A stretch of DNA of 32,000 bases from Tannockella kyphosi (GCF_021054785.1 NZ_CP088239.1:1620001-1652000), one strand, 5' to 3'; numbered from the stretch's first letter, positions 7,678 through 18,334 are shown. The notes: generated by a model from the letters alone, not told the origin. A program made the numbers and translations.

Positions 7678-8107
7678 TTATTTCATTTATCAAATGATTA
7701 CTTTGTAGTTTTTGGATAAAGATAGCAAATATTTCTAATTCTTCATCAGAAAAATTTTGAAACAAATTATCTGCATATACTTCCATTTGTTTATCTATTT
7801 CCATTGCTTTTTCTAAGCCTTTCTCTGTTAAATAAACAATATTTTCATTATTAACTTCCCCTTGTTCCCTAGCTACATATCCCCTGTTTTCTAACTTAAC
7901 AACAATAACTGAAACTGCTTGTGCACTCATATGCATTAATTCAGCCATTCTTCTTTGATTCAATCGTTGTTCAATATATAAAATACAAAGTAGTTTTCTA
8001 GCAGAAGGATGCATTTTTTTATCTCTAGGAAGATCTTTCGATTTTTTGCCTGGTTTTACACCATTACAAATATCTAACAATTTAATTAATAAATATTTCT
8101 TATCCAT
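7670..8107 (-). CDS. MarR family transcriptional regulator
   Basis: 145 aa with a winged-HTH region MAELMHMSAQAVSVIVVKLENRGYVARE. It is the last gene of the exporter operon. Confidence 0.8.
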   Translation of the reverse strand: MDKKYLLIKLLDICNGVKPGKKSKDLPRDKKMHPSARKLLCILYIEQRLNQRRMAELMHMSAQAVSVIVVKLENRGYVAREQGEVNNENIVYLTEKGLEKAMEIDKQMEVYADNLFQNFSDEELEIFAIFIQKLQSNHLINEIKE

Positions 8108-8110
8108 ACA

Positions 8111-9946
8111 TTAACCCAACTTCTCTAATCCTGTATATAAATTAAAATACTTACCTTGTTTTTCTAATAATTGTTGATGTGTTCCACTTTCAATAATTTG
8201 ACCATCTTCTAATACAATAATCTCATCACAATTACGAACCGTAGATAAACGATGAGCAATAACAAATGTCGTTCTTGCTTTCATTAAACGATTTAAAGCT
8301 TCTTCTATATGACGTTCTGTTCTTGTATCTACTGAACTAGTTGCTTCATCTAATACTAAAATAGGTGCCTTTGATATCGCAGCTCTAGCAATATTTAATA
8401 GCTGTCTTTGTCCCCCACTTAAATTAGATCCATCTCCTGTTAATATCGTTTGATAACCATTTTCCAAACGATCAATAAACTTATCTGCATTCGCACTAAT
8501 ACAAGCTTCCATTACTTCTTTATCCGTTGCATCTAAACGACCATAACGTACATTTTCCATAATAGTACCAGTAAAAAGATGAGTATCTTGCAATACCATT
8601 GCAATATTTTCTCTTAATACTTTTTTATCAATCTCTTTCAAATCTTTTCCATCTATTTCAATTACACCAGATTGAATATCATAAAAACGATTCAATAAAT
8701 TAGTAATCGTTGTTTTCCCAGCTCCTGTAGACCCTACAAAAGCAATCTTTTGAGATGGCAATGCATGCAATGAAATATTTTTCAATACTTTTTTATCTTC
8801 TCGATATCCAAAATCAACATTCTTTAAAACTACTTCTCCTATAATTTCTCCTTGATATGTTCCTTCATTCCTTTCACTAGGATGATTCATTACTTCAAAC
8901 ACTCTTTCAGCCCCTGCTAAAGCACTAAAAACAGTATTTATTTGAGAGAATATTTCATTAATAGGACGAGAAAAGCTTTTTGAATAATTTAAAAAGATAG
9001 TAAATCCTCCAACATCAAAACGATTACCAACTACCATTAATCCTCCTACACAAGCAGTAAGAATATAACCTAGTTGTCCAATTGACCCCATAATAGGACC
9101 CATAATTCCTCCTAGAAATTGTGCCATAAATGACTTATCTCGATAACTAGTATTTAATTCTTTAAAACCATCAATAGTAGTTTGTTCATGATTAAATACT
9201 TTAATTACTTTTTGTCCAGTAACTTGTTCTTCAATATAACCATTTAATGCTCCAATACTAGCTTGTTGTTTTTTATAATAAACGATTGTTTTTTTCGATA
9301 TTACTTTGGTTACTATCGATAACAAAGGACTTGTTAACAATAAAATACTAGCTAATATCCAATTCGTATAAAACATGATTAAAATCGTAGTAGTTAATGT
9401 AAAGATACTAGATACCAGACTTACTGCCGTACTAGAAAGCATTTGATTTACAATATCAACATCATTTGTAAAACGACTCATAAGATCTCCATTTTGATGG
9501 TGATCAAAGAATCGAATTGGTAATTGTTGCATCTTTTCAAACAAATCTTCTCGTAATCGTGCTAATGAATTTTGGGCTATTTCTAACATAATACGTGATT
9601 GAATATAGTTACTACAAACAGCCACCGCATAAATGATTGCCATTAATCCTAATTGCTTTATTAATTGTGTCTTTTCCATGCCACTAGCTAAACCATTAAC
9701 AATCGGTCTTATTTGATAAGTAGCAAGTATTGAAAACACACTATTGATGACAACAAAGAATAAAGCAATTACTAATAGAAGACGATATTTACCTAAATAA
9801 GATAATAACCTAATAATTGTATCCTTTGTATTTTTAGGTTTAACCGGTTCTTGAAACCTTCCTTTAGGACCTCCAGGTCCTCTACCACCCTTAGGACCCA
9901 TCCCCATTGGTGGGGTTACTCTTGAAAAATCTCTTTTATCACTCAT
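8111..9946 (-). CDS. ABC exporter, fused permease/ATPase (heterodimer subunit B)
   Basis: 611 aa with 6 TM segments, Walker A GSTGAGKTT, signature LSGGQRQ and Walker B ILVLDEATS. Has a Gly/Pro-rich N-terminal extension. Confidence 0.9.
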   Translation of the reverse strand: MSDKRDFSRVTPPMGMGPKGGRGPGGPKGRFQEPVKPKNTKDTIIRLLSYLGKYRLLLVIALFFVVINSVFSILATYQIRPIVNGLASGMEKTQLIKQLGLMAIIYAVAVCSNYIQSRIMLEIAQNSLARLREDLFEKMQQLPIRFFDHHQNGDLMSRFTNDVDIVNQMLSSTAVSLVSSIFTLTTTILIMFYTNWILASILLLTSPLLSIVTKVISKKTIVYYKKQQASIGALNGYIEEQVTGQKVIKVFNHEQTTIDGFKELNTSYRDKSFMAQFLGGIMGPIMGSIGQLGYILTACVGGLMVVGNRFDVGGFTIFLNYSKSFSRPINEIFSQINTVFSALAGAERVFEVMNHPSERNEGTYQGEIIGEVVLKNVDFGYREDKKVLKNISLHALPSQKIAFVGSTGAGKTTITNLLNRFYDIQSGVIEIDGKDLKEIDKKVLRENIAMVLQDTHLFTGTIMENVRYGRLDATDKEVMEACISANADKFIDRLENGYQTILTGDGSNLSGGQRQLLNIARAAISKAPILVLDEATSSVDTRTERHIEEALNRLMKARTTFVIAHRLSTVRNCDEIIVLEDGQIIESGTHQQLLEKQGKYFNLYTGLEKLG

Positions 9947-9957
9947 ATTTAGCTCCT

Positions 9958-11706
9958 TTATTCATAAGTCACACTATCACATGCACCATTATCATTTTGA
10001 GAATAATAAATCTCTTGATACACTTTCGATTGTTCTAATAATTGTAAATGACTTCCAATCGCACTAATACTCCCTTGTTCCATTACAACAATCAAATCAC
10101 AATTTATTACAGAAGATAATCGTTGAGCAATAATAATCTTTGTCATATCTTTTAAATCATATGTTAAATGATGAATAATCTTTCTCTCTGTTGCCATATC
10201 AACAGCACTTGATGAATCATCTAACAACAATATCTTTGTCTTTTTCATCAACGCTCTTGCAATACACAACCTTTGTTTTTGTCCTCCCGATAAGTTATGA
10301 CCACCTTGATTAATAAAAGTATCAAATTGATCACTCATCTTTTCAACAAACTCTTTGGCAGCAGCAAACTCACTAGCTTCTACCATTTCTTCTAAACTTG
10401 CATTGGGGTTCCCCCAAAGTAAGTTTTCTTTTACAGTTCCTGAAAACAATAAATTATTTTGTAATACAACTGCTACTCCTTGTCTTAAATTAGTTAAAGA
10501 ATAATCTTTTACATTCGTATCATCAACATAAACGGCACCACTACTAACATCATACAATCTAGAAATCAAATGCACTAAACTAGTTTTACCACAACCTGTA
10601 GAACCAACAATCCCAATTGATTGTCCAGAAAGAATCTCTAAATTAATATTAGTTAATACATTCTCTTTGGCATTTTCAAAATAACGGAAATAAACATTTT
10701 CAAAACGAATAGAACCACTTTCTATTACTTTATTTGGATAAAGAGCATCTTGATCATGAATATCAATATCATCTTCTAATACCTCACGAATACGATTTGC
10801 ACTAACTGCTGAACGAGCACTTTGTAAAAAGACATTTGCAATCATATTTACAGACATCAATATCTGTGTTAAATACGTAATAAAAGCACTAATATCTCCA
10901 ATCAATAATTCTCCTGTTCCCAGCAAACTACTTCCAAACCATAAAATAGCAATTGTTGTCATATTTACTGTAAAAGTCATTAAAGGCATCTGAATAATAT
11001 TTACTCGATAAGCACTAAGTCCCGTATCTCTTAAATTTTCATTTACTTCTTTAAACTTCTCTTTTTCAAATCCTTCTCTAGTAAATGCCTTAATAACACG
11101 AACATTAATAAGACCTTCTTGCACGGTTGTGTTTATTGCATCAATACGATCTTGCAGTTTTGCAAAACGAGGATAAGACACTTGTAATACACAAAAAACA
11201 ATCATTGCTAAAACAGGTGTTAAAATAAAAAACAAAATAGACATCGATGGACTAATACGATAAGCCATAATAATAGCTCCAATTAACATCCCTGGTGCTC
11301 TAAACAACATCCGTAAAGACATCACAATAATTTGTCCTACTTGCGTTACATCATTCGTTAGTCTCGTTACCAAAGAACCAGTACTAAATTTATCTATATT
11401 ATAAAAAGAAAAAGCTTGAATCCTTTCAAATAGTTCTGCTCTTAAATCATGACAGAAATGAACCGATGCTCTAGTAGCACAAAAAGAAGACCCAATTCCA
11501 CCACCTAATGCAATGATTGCATATAGAAACATCTCTGCTACTGACATTAAGATTTCCCTGTTCGTTGTCCCAGCTATGGCTAGGTTAATAATATTAGCTG
11601 ATAAGGAAGGTATTTTTACATCACAATATACTTCAATCAACATAAATATTGGGGCTAATAAAAAGAAGCCTAAATATGGTTTAACATGTTTAAAAAATAT
11701 TCTCAT
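9958..11706 (-). CDS. ABC exporter, fused permease/ATPase (heterodimer subunit A)
   Basis: 582 aa with Walker A GSTGCGKTS, signature LSGGQKQR and Walker B ILLLDDSSS. Confidence 0.9.
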   Translation of the reverse strand: MRIFFKHVKPYLGFFLLAPIFMLIEVYCDVKIPSLSANIINLAIAGTTNREILMSVAEMFLYAIIALGGGIGSSFCATRASVHFCHDLRAELFERIQAFSFYNIDKFSTGSLVTRLTNDVTQVGQIIVMSLRMLFRAPGMLIGAIIMAYRISPSMSILFFILTPVLAMIVFCVLQVSYPRFAKLQDRIDAINTTVQEGLINVRVIKAFTREGFEKEKFKEVNENLRDTGLSAYRVNIIQMPLMTFTVNMTTIAILWFGSSLLGTGELLIGDISAFITYLTQILMSVNMIANVFLQSARSAVSANRIREVLEDDIDIHDQDALYPNKVIESGSIRFENVYFRYFENAKENVLTNINLEILSGQSIGIVGSTGCGKTSLVHLISRLYDVSSGAVYVDDTNVKDYSLTNLRQGVAVVLQNNLLFSGTVKENLLWGNPNASLEEMVEASEFAAAKEFVEKMSDQFDTFINQGGHNLSGGQKQRLCIARALMKKTKILLLDDSSSAVDMATERKIIHHLTYDLKDMTKIIIAQRLSSVINCDLIVVMEQGSISAIGSHLQLLEQSKVYQEIYYSQNDNGACDSVTYE

Positions 11707-11744
11707 TTTTTTCTCCTACTCCGTATCAAATATTGGATACCCTG

Positions 11745-11777
11745 ATAAAAAGAAAGCCCATCATTTAAGATAGGCTT
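11745..11777 (-). terminator. Weak candidate terminator after the iron-uptake operon
   Basis: AAGCC / GGCTT stem with a 14 nt loop, then TTCTTTTTAT on the minus strand. Confidence 0.3.
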
Positions 11778-11787
11778 ATTGTTTTTA

Positions 11788-12807
11788 TTAATCAATATAA
11801 TCATAACGTGCAGTAACTTGAGTTCCATCTAAAATGAAATCTCCTACATCGCTTACTCTCATTAAAGCAACCATTGAACCATTTGATCTGTTCCATACAT
11901 TATGAGCAAATTCAAATACGTTTCCATTTTGTACTGCAGTTAAATTTTGCCAAATTGGAGAAGCTTCATATGTTGCGAAATCTTCCCAACTTTCTACATT
12001 AATAAATAAATAATCTGGATCATATTCAATTAAGTTTTCTAATGCTAAATAACCACTTTCTGTCGGGAATCCTTCTGGTAAAGATAATCCTAATTGTTCA
12101 TAAACATGAGGATGAGAAGCAGCTAAACTATATTGAACACCTTTTGTTGAAATTTGTGTAACAATTGCAGTTTTTCCTTCTAAATCAATTCCAGCATCTT
12201 CAAAAGCAGCTTGATAACTAGCTACTGTTTCATCATAAGTTGCAATATTTGCAGCAGCTTCTTCTTCTTTACCTACTAATTGAGCTAAAGTTTCATGAAT
12301 TTGTTTCCAATCTTTGTTTCCATCTTCATCATAAGATAAACTAGAAGGTAAGAAATAAGTTGGAGCAATCGCATTTAATTTGTCTGAATATTCAATATTT
12401 GATTCACTAGTAATAATATAATTTAAATCTAAATCTAATAATTGTTCAAAATCAATACCATCATCTGTTGCATTAATAGGTTCAATCCCATCTAATACAC
12501 TACGATCAGGATATGTTCTTCCATAACCATCTAAATAAGAAACAATTTGTGCATCTGTTGCATCTTCTGCTGGTTCACTAGTAATAGGTGATGCTTTTGG
12601 AGCTGCATCTAAATGGATTAAATGATCTAAATAACCCCAATCTAAGATTGCATAATCACTAAATTCGCTTGGTAATGCTTGCTCTCCATCCGCCATTGTG
12701 ATAGTAGCTACTACTGTATCTTGTACTTCTTCTTCGTTGTTTGAACAACCTGTTAACATACTCACTACAAAAGTGAAAGCTAACATTAATGATGTAAATT
12801 TTTTCAT
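11788..12807 (-). CDS. Iron-siderophore/heme type ABC substrate-binding lipoprotein (Peripla_BP_2-like)
   Basis: 339 aa with a signal peptide and lipobox LTGCSN. The C-terminal motif region is YLFINVESWEDFATYEASPIWQNLTAVQNGNVFEF. It lies in an operon with FecCD permeases. Confidence 0.75.
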   Translation of the reverse strand: MKKFTSLMLAFTFVVSMLTGCSNNEEEVQDTVVATITMADGEQALPSEFSDYAILDWGYLDHLIHLDAAPKASPITSEPAEDATDAQIVSYLDGYGRTYPDRSVLDGIEPINATDDGIDFEQLLDLDLNYIITSESNIEYSDKLNAIAPTYFLPSSLSYDEDGNKDWKQIHETLAQLVGKEEEAAANIATYDETVASYQAAFEDAGIDLEGKTAIVTQISTKGVQYSLAASHPHVYEQLGLSLPEGFPTESGYLALENLIEYDPDYLFINVESWEDFATYEASPIWQNLTAVQNGNVFEFAHNVWNRSNGSMVALMRVSDVGDFILDGTQVTARYDYID

Positions 12808-12836
12808 TTTTCTCTCCTTGAAATATAGTTGATAGA

Positions 12837-13853
12837 TTATCTATCTTGTGTAAATAGTAAATATAATAAATAAGGTGCGCCTAATATAGAAATCGTGATT
12901 CCTACTGGTACATATAAAGCACCATTAATATCATTTACTAAGATTTTTGCCACGATGTCAGCAAACATAACTAAGCCAGCACCAAAGCACATTGAGATTG
13001 GTAGGAATAATTTGAAATTAGATCCTACGATTCTCTTGGCAATATGTGGGGCAATTAACCCAACAAATCCAATCGTACCTGCAACATAAACAGATACAGA
13101 TGTGAGTAGGATGGTAATACATAATAACTTATTACGTTCTTTACGTAAATCCAACCCTAATCCAATTGCCAAATCATCATCTAAGTTCAATATATTTAAA
13201 CAAAATGTACTATAGAAAACATAGATAAGACATGGAATTGCAACTGCAAATCCAATAAAGATCATTTTCCAACTAGCAAAAGTTAAATTACCAGCTTGAG
13301 AAAGTGTCAACATTAAATAAGCATCATCACTTAATTTTATTGTCAACAGTAATGAAACTGCTCCAATACAAGAATTAACTGCAATACCGTTTAAAATCAA
13401 TTTCGTTGGTGATAAATCATGTTTTAGAGCTAATCCATAGACTATCCCAAAAACAAGAAATCCACCAATCACGGCTGCAATAGGATAAGGCATTAGCATC
13501 GGTAATCCTTTATCATACATAAATACAACAAGTAAAATACCAAAGCTTGCTCCAGAAGAAACTCCAATCATATTAGGAGTAGCTAAGGGGTTACGTGTAA
13601 CTCCTTGCATAATCGCACCCGATGCTGCTAAACACATTCCTACAAAAATAGCAACTACTGTTCTAGCAATTCGAATGTCCCAAATAATAAAGTTTTCTTT
13701 TGCATCTCCAAATCCAAAGATGGTTGCAATAATACGATCAATTGATAGTGGGGTATACCCAATATTAATAGACCATATTAAGCCACAAAATAAGAAACCA
13801 ATAAAGATAGGAAGAAGTATTTTTGTACGTTGTTTATTTGTTAATTTCGCCAT
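12837..13853 (-). CDS. FecCD family iron-chelate ABC permease
   Basis: 338 aa, polytopic, with typical GxxQGVTRNPLATPNMIGVSSGASFG and C-terminal GAPYLLYLL motifs. Confidence 0.9.
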   Translation of the reverse strand: MAKLTNKQRTKILLPIFIGFLFCGLIWSINIGYTPLSIDRIIATIFGFGDAKENFIIWDIRIARTVVAIFVGMCLAASGAIMQGVTRNPLATPNMIGVSSGASFGILLVVFMYDKGLPMLMPYPIAAVIGGFLVFGIVYGLALKHDLSPTKLILNGIAVNSCIGAVSLLLTIKLSDDAYLMLTLSQAGNLTFASWKMIFIGFAVAIPCLIYVFYSTFCLNILNLDDDLAIGLGLDLRKERNKLLCITILLTSVSVYVAGTIGFVGLIAPHIAKRIVGSNFKLFLPISMCFGAGLVMFADIVAKILVNDINGALYVPVGITISILGAPYLLYLLFTQDR

Positions 13854-14881
13854 TAGAATACTCCTTTCGCTTTTTTAGAATTAATTAAATAAAGGAAGAT
13901 AGGTATTCCAATAATCGAAGTAACAATACCAACTGGTGTTTCTACTGGCATATTAATTAATCGACTAATCACATCAGCAATAATCAATAACATACTTCCA
14001 AACAATGCTGAATAAGGTACTACCTTACGGTAATCCTCTCCAACACCCATTTTTATAATATTCGGGATAATTAGACCGATAAATCCTATATTACCAACAA
14101 CACTTACACACGAAGCTGATATGAAAACAACACTAATTACTCCCAGTAATTTTGTTCTTTTTACATTTTGTCCTAAACTAATAGCTGTCTCTTCACCCAT
14201 TGATAACACAGTTAACTTCCCTGCGATACAAAAAGCAATAACAACACCCACTAATCCAACACATAAAACTCCAATACCAATCCAACGGATCCCTAACAAA
14301 CCAGAGTTATTCCATAAATAAATACCTGCTCCTTGTTCTGTATAAGACCAAAGAGTAATAGCTGTACTTATAGAAGAAAATAACGTTCCTAAAGCAGTTC
14401 CTGCTAGTAACAACTTCACGCCTGATTCTCTACCACGAATTCTAGAAGAAATAGCAAAGATAATACAAGTAGAAATAGCTGCTCCAATCATAGAAAATGT
14501 TAAATTAGTAAGATAAGTATTTGTACCTAAACTAATGGTATAAGCAATTGTTAAACCTAGGTTTGCACCACTACTTACCCCAACAACATCAGGACTTGCT
14601 AAATAATTTCTAGTAATCCCTTGCATTACTGCCCCACCTACTGCTAGTGATCCACCAACAAGAAGAGCGCCTAAAATTCTAGGGAATTTAATTGTTACAT
14701 TGACATAATGAATCATATCATTTGGATCATAATGAAGGACTGATTGAATCACTTGTTCTATTGAAGAAGCTGGTGCTAAATAGGTTAACGTAACAAATGC
14801 ACAAACAATAAACAATGTTAGAAAACTAATGACCCAAATAGTAAGGGTTGATTTTTTCACTCTTCTATTTACTTCCACCAT
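13853..14881 (-). CDS. FecCD family iron-chelate ABC permease
   Basis: 342 aa, paralogous to the neighbouring permease (MQGITRNYLASPDVVGVSSGANLG). Confidence 0.9.
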   Translation of the reverse strand: MVEVNRRVKKSTLTIWVISFLTLFIVCAFVTLTYLAPASSIEQVIQSVLHYDPNDMIHYVNVTIKFPRILGALLVGGSLAVGGAVMQGITRNYLASPDVVGVSSGANLGLTIAYTISLGTNTYLTNLTFSMIGAAISTCIIFAISSRIRGRESGVKLLLAGTALGTLFSSISTAITLWSYTEQGAGIYLWNNSGLLGIRWIGIGVLCVGLVGVVIAFCIAGKLTVLSMGEETAISLGQNVKRTKLLGVISVVFISASCVSVVGNIGFIGLIIPNIIKMGVGEDYRKVVPYSALFGSMLLIIADVISRLINMPVETPVGIVTSIIGIPIFLYLINSKKAKGVF

Positions 14882-15674
14882 GAACCTCCCTATCCATTAG
14901 TTCATAAGAAATACAAACTGGGATTTCACTATCTGGTAAATTAATAATATTTGCTTCTATCTTAAATACTTCTCTAAGATTTTCTTTATTCATAATTTCT
15001 TTAGGAGAACCTTGTCTAATTACTTCTCCTTTTTTCAACATAATTAATTCATCAGAAAATCTACTTGCTTGATTAATATCATGAAGTACCATAATAACAG
15101 TAATCCCTTTATCTTTATTTAAAGATTGTACTAATTGTAATACTTCTAATTGATAAGCCATATCTAAATAAGTGGTTGGTTCATCTAATAAAATAACATC
15201 TGTTTGTTGAGCTAAAACCATAGCTACCCATACACGTTGTCTTTGACCACCAGATAAAGCATTAATATTACGGTCTTTAAACTCTAACAAATCTGTTTGT
15301 TCTAAAGCCCAATTAATAATGTCATGATCTTCTTGATTAAAACGTTCACGTTTCTTTTTGTGTGGAAAACGTCCATATTCAACAATTTCTCCAACACTTA
15401 AACCACTAGGTGCTTTAGGAGATTGTGGTAACATACCAATGATTTTTGCTATTTGTTTGGTATTTGTTTTATGAATATTCAAATCTTCTACAAATACTTC
15501 TCCATGTTTTGGTCTTAAAATACGACCAATTGTTTTTAATAAAGTAGACTTCCCACAACCATTTTCTCCAATAATGGTAGTTATTTGTCCTTTTTTAATA
15601 GAAAGTGATAAATCATCAATGATAATATTTTTCTCATATCCTACTTTCACTTCATTCATTGTAATAATGTTCAT
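14865..15674 (-). CDS. Iron-chelate ABC transporter ATP-binding protein (FepC/FhuC-like)
   Basis: 269 aa with Walker A GENGCGKST, signature LSGGQRQR and Walker B ILLDEPTTYLD. It overlaps the permease start by 17 nt. Confidence 0.9.
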   Translation of the reverse strand: MNIITMNEVKVGYEKNIIIDDLSLSIKKGQITTIIGENGCGKSTLLKTIGRILRPKHGEVFVEDLNIHKTNTKQIAKIIGMLPQSPKAPSGLSVGEIVEYGRFPHKKKRERFNQEDHDIINWALEQTDLLEFKDRNINALSGGQRQRVWVAMVLAQQTDVILLDEPTTYLDMAYQLEVLQLVQSLNKDKGITVIMVLHDINQASRFSDELIMLKKGEVIRQGSPKEIMNKENLREVFKIEANIINLPDSEIPVCISYELMDREVHGGSK

Positions 15675-15685
15675 TTAGTTCCCCT

Positions 15686-16474
15686 TTATTTGCTTTTTTT
15701 AAATGTTAATGCTACTAAACCAGTATTCTCTTTAAAATAAGCATTGTTGGTAGCAACTAATTTTTGGAAAATTTCTTCTTTTTTATCATCAACTATTTCA
15801 ATAACAGTTTCAAAATGATTATCTTTTCCATCATAGATCATACAAGTATTTCCTGCTTTAATATGTTCCATCTTAAATGAATCACTTTTAGCAAGACAAT
15901 AATAAGTATCTCCTTCTACCAAAACACTAAAAATAACATTACGATCTAAGTATGTCATTAATACTTGACGACTGTTTTCAAAACGTTCTCTACCATTTGG
16001 TGCAAAGCGAGCAAATGTTGGTTGTAAATCATTTTTGATGTTATATACTTCACTGTGACTTAATGAAATAGTTGCTTCCAGAAAATTAAGTTGGAAGAAC
16101 TTAGCACGGTGTGATTTCATTTTTGATATCATGTGGTTAGTTTTGGCTAACTCGTTGATAAAATTTTCATCTCCTGTTAAACGATTGCACTCTATTTGTC
16201 CGTAAAACTTTTTAGCACCTTTTCCAAAACCTTCTTGAATAAATCCAGAAAATACTGATTTATCTTCTAAATAGTTAGCAAGTTTTGACATTGGTGGAAC
16301 TATTGCAATATGTTGATCCATAAAATAAAAATAATCAATACTATCAATAACAGCAAAACCATCTTGCCCTAAAACTGCTACATTCATTATTCTTTGTTGT
16401 TCTAAAAACTCAACAATAGCACTTCTAGCTTCATGAATGGGTAATCTATTTTTAAACTGTTCATGTTGTTTCAT
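15686..16474 (-). CDS. Pyridoxamine-5'-phosphate-oxidase-like split-barrel protein; possible HugZ/HutZ-like heme-degrading or iron-release enzyme
   Basis: 262 aa, first gene of the iron ABC operon. Two halves have a PNPOx-like pattern (…RIMNVAVLGQDGFAVIDSIDYFY… and …VLMTYLDRNVIFSVLVEGDTYYCLAKSDSFKMEHIKAGNTCMIY…). The family call was made by eye and is tentative. Confidence 0.35.
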   Translation of the reverse strand: MKQHEQFKNRLPIHEARSAIVEFLEQQRIMNVAVLGQDGFAVIDSIDYFYFMDQHIAIVPPMSKLANYLEDKSVFSGFIQEGFGKGAKKFYGQIECNRLTGDENFINELAKTNHMISKMKSHRAKFFQLNFLEATISLSHSEVYNIKNDLQPTFARFAPNGRERFENSRQVLMTYLDRNVIFSVLVEGDTYYCLAKSDSFKMEHIKAGNTCMIYDGKDNHFETVIEIVDDKKEEIFQKLVATNNAYFKENTGLVALTFKKSK

Positions 16475-16492
16475 CTTGTTCCCTCTTTCTTG

Positions 16493-16508
16493 GTTAGCAA
16501 AGGCTAAC
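16493..16508. promoter_or_regulatory. Candidate metalloregulator operator in the 5' leader of the iron operon
   Basis: Perfect palindrome GTTAGC-AAAG-GCTAAC about 15 nt upstream of the RBS. A weaker TGATGA-N5-CTATCA lies at 16509-16525. Confidence 0.3.
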
Positions 16509-16595
16509 TGATGACCATACTATCATAGATATTTATTGTATGCAACAAATATTATAAGCATTTTTACGAGAATTCTATTTTTTATAGACAATATC

Positions 16596-16629
16596 AACAA
16601 AAAAAGAATGCAAATTTTTTTGCATTCTT
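16596..16629 (-). terminator. Intrinsic terminator after the tagO-like gene
   Basis: AAGAATGCAAA / TTTGCATTCTT 11 bp stem with a 4 nt loop, then TTTTTTTGTT on the minus strand. Confidence 0.7.
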
Positions 16630-16630
16630 T

Positions 16631-18334
16631 TTACTCTTCCACTGTATTCAAGCTATTTTCCGTTAATGTTTGTTCAAATTCTGGTTTTAATAAATCCATC
16701 CCTACCACATAATAACGATCACTTTCATAAACTACGATAATTGTTCCAAACCCTGTTAATTCTTTTACTTCTTGATTTAGTGTATATTCAATATAAACAC
16801 GATAATATTTAGTACTATCAATTCCTTCATAAGTTAAAGAAGTTGGAGAACTAGAAATAATATCATAACTTGTAACTTCTAAATCACTATACTCACTTTG
16901 TAAAAAACCATAATTTTTTCCAAAGTATTCAATAAATTCTTCTTCCACTGTCTCATGTAAATAACCATCACCTTCTAATAAACCAGTATCATCATAGGTT
17001 GTTAATATATCAGCCATAAAGTAACTAGCAAATAATTTATATTCTGTTTCTCTTTGTCCATTACTAAAAGCATCACTTAAATCAAGGTATAATTCACTTA
17101 ATAATGTTGTTTGGTTATCTAAAGCATCATAAGGCACTTCTATTTCTTCTTGTTCTACGACAGAAGTTAGTTCTTCTTGATTTTGATAAATTAAAAAACA
17201 AACTACAAATGATAATATAATAATGGTTATTATTTTCATTCTTTTTGTATAACGATATTTTTCAATCATTCTTATTTTAGGTAAATCATCTCTATTTAAG
17301 AAAATATTAGCAATAGTAACAACCGGTTTGTATTTTCTAGATATCATATTCGATAACTCAACAAATAGTTCTGTTAGAAGCATCATTATTAAAAAACAAA
17401 ATACTCCAAAACTAGGATTATAATAATATAAAATAGAAATAAAAGAGAAAATAAGTGTTATTACATACAACACCAATACACTTCTTTGATGAGATAAGTT
17501 AAACTTATACATCAAACGATGATGAATATGTCTTTTGTCTGCTTCATTAAATTTTTTATGTCTTACTTTTCTACGAACAATCGCTATTAATGTATCCATA
17601 ATAGGTACCATTAATACAACAATAGGTGCTCCTAATGTAAAGAAAGTAGAACTATTATATCCAAACCCTAATAAAGAAATAGATGCAATCATAAAGCCGA
17701 TAAACAACGCTCCACAATCTCCCATGAAAATCTTAGCTGGATGGAAATTATATAACAGAAAGCCACTAATAGCTCCTGCAAGTATTAAAGATAAAGAAGC
17801 AATATCTACTCTTCCTGATAAATAAGAAGTATAAGAAATAGTAAATAAAACAATAACTGATATACCTCCTGATAAACCATCTAAACCATCTATTAAATTA
17901 ATTGCATTTGTTATTCCTACAATCCAAAATAAAGTAATAACTTCTGCAAAATAAGGAATTTCTTCTCCAAAGTTTTGGAGATGAATATCTCCATAAAAAA
18001 TAACAATACAAGCAGCTACAATTTGTCCTATCAACTTTAATCTAGGTGATATATCATGAACATCATCATATAACCCTACCATAAAAGTAACAAATCCACC
18101 TAATAAAATAGCATTCACCTGTGTATCTGTTTTCAAGAAGATCAAAGCTGCAATCAAAAAAGCAATATATATCGTATATCCCCCAATTCTTGGTATCTCA
18201 TGAGTATGTACCGTACGTTCATTCATCTTTGCAACAACCCCAAAATAAGTTCCTGCCTTCATTACAAAAGGCATAAATAGAGCTGCAATAATAAACGCTA
18301 CTACATAATACAAAGCTATCTCAAGCATCTTCAA
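16631..18334 (-). CDS. Glycosyltransferase family 4 (MraY/WecA/TagO-type undecaprenyl-phosphate HexNAc-1-P transferase) with a roughly 190 aa C-terminal extracytoplasmic extension
   Basis: 567 aa. Family motifs present: GLYDDVHDISP, NAINLIDGLDGLSGG, FMGDCGALFIGF. After the last TM segment (about aa 365-385) comes an acidic soluble domain with no family I recognise. Confidence 0.8.
   Translation of the reverse strand: MKMLEIALYYVVAFIIAALFMPFVMKAGTYFGVVAKMNERTVHTHEIPRIGGYTIYIAFLIAALIFLKTDTQVNAILLGGFVTFMVGLYDDVHDISPRLKLIGQIVAACIVIFYGDIHLQNFGEEIPYFAEVITLFWIVGITNAINLIDGLDGLSGGISVIVLFTISYTSYLSGRVDIASLSLILAGAISGFLLYNFHPAKIFMGDCGALFIGFMIASISLLGFGYNSSTFFTLGAPIVVLMVPIMDTLIAIVRRKVRHKKFNEADKRHIHHRLMYKFNLSHQRSVLVLYVITLIFSFISILYYYNPSFGVFCFLIMMLLTELFVELSNMISRKYKPVVTIANIFLNRDDLPKIRMIEKYRYTKRMKIITIIILSFVVCFLIYQNQEELTSVVEQEEIEVPYDALDNQTTLLSELYLDLSDAFSNGQRETEYKLFASYFMADILTTYDDTGLLEGDGYLHETVEEEFIEYFGKNYGFLQSEYSDLEVTSYDIISSSPTSLTYEGIDSTKYYRVYIEYTLNQEVKELTGFGTIIVVYESDRYYVVGMDLLKPEFEQTLTENSLNTVEE

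Noticed and set aside
16491-16510. Calling the leader palindrome a bona fide IdeR/DtxR iron box
   Set aside because: The half-sites resemble GTTAG/CTAAC of the 9-1-9 consensus, but the spacing is different (6-4-6). It is kept only as a low-confidence operator candidate.
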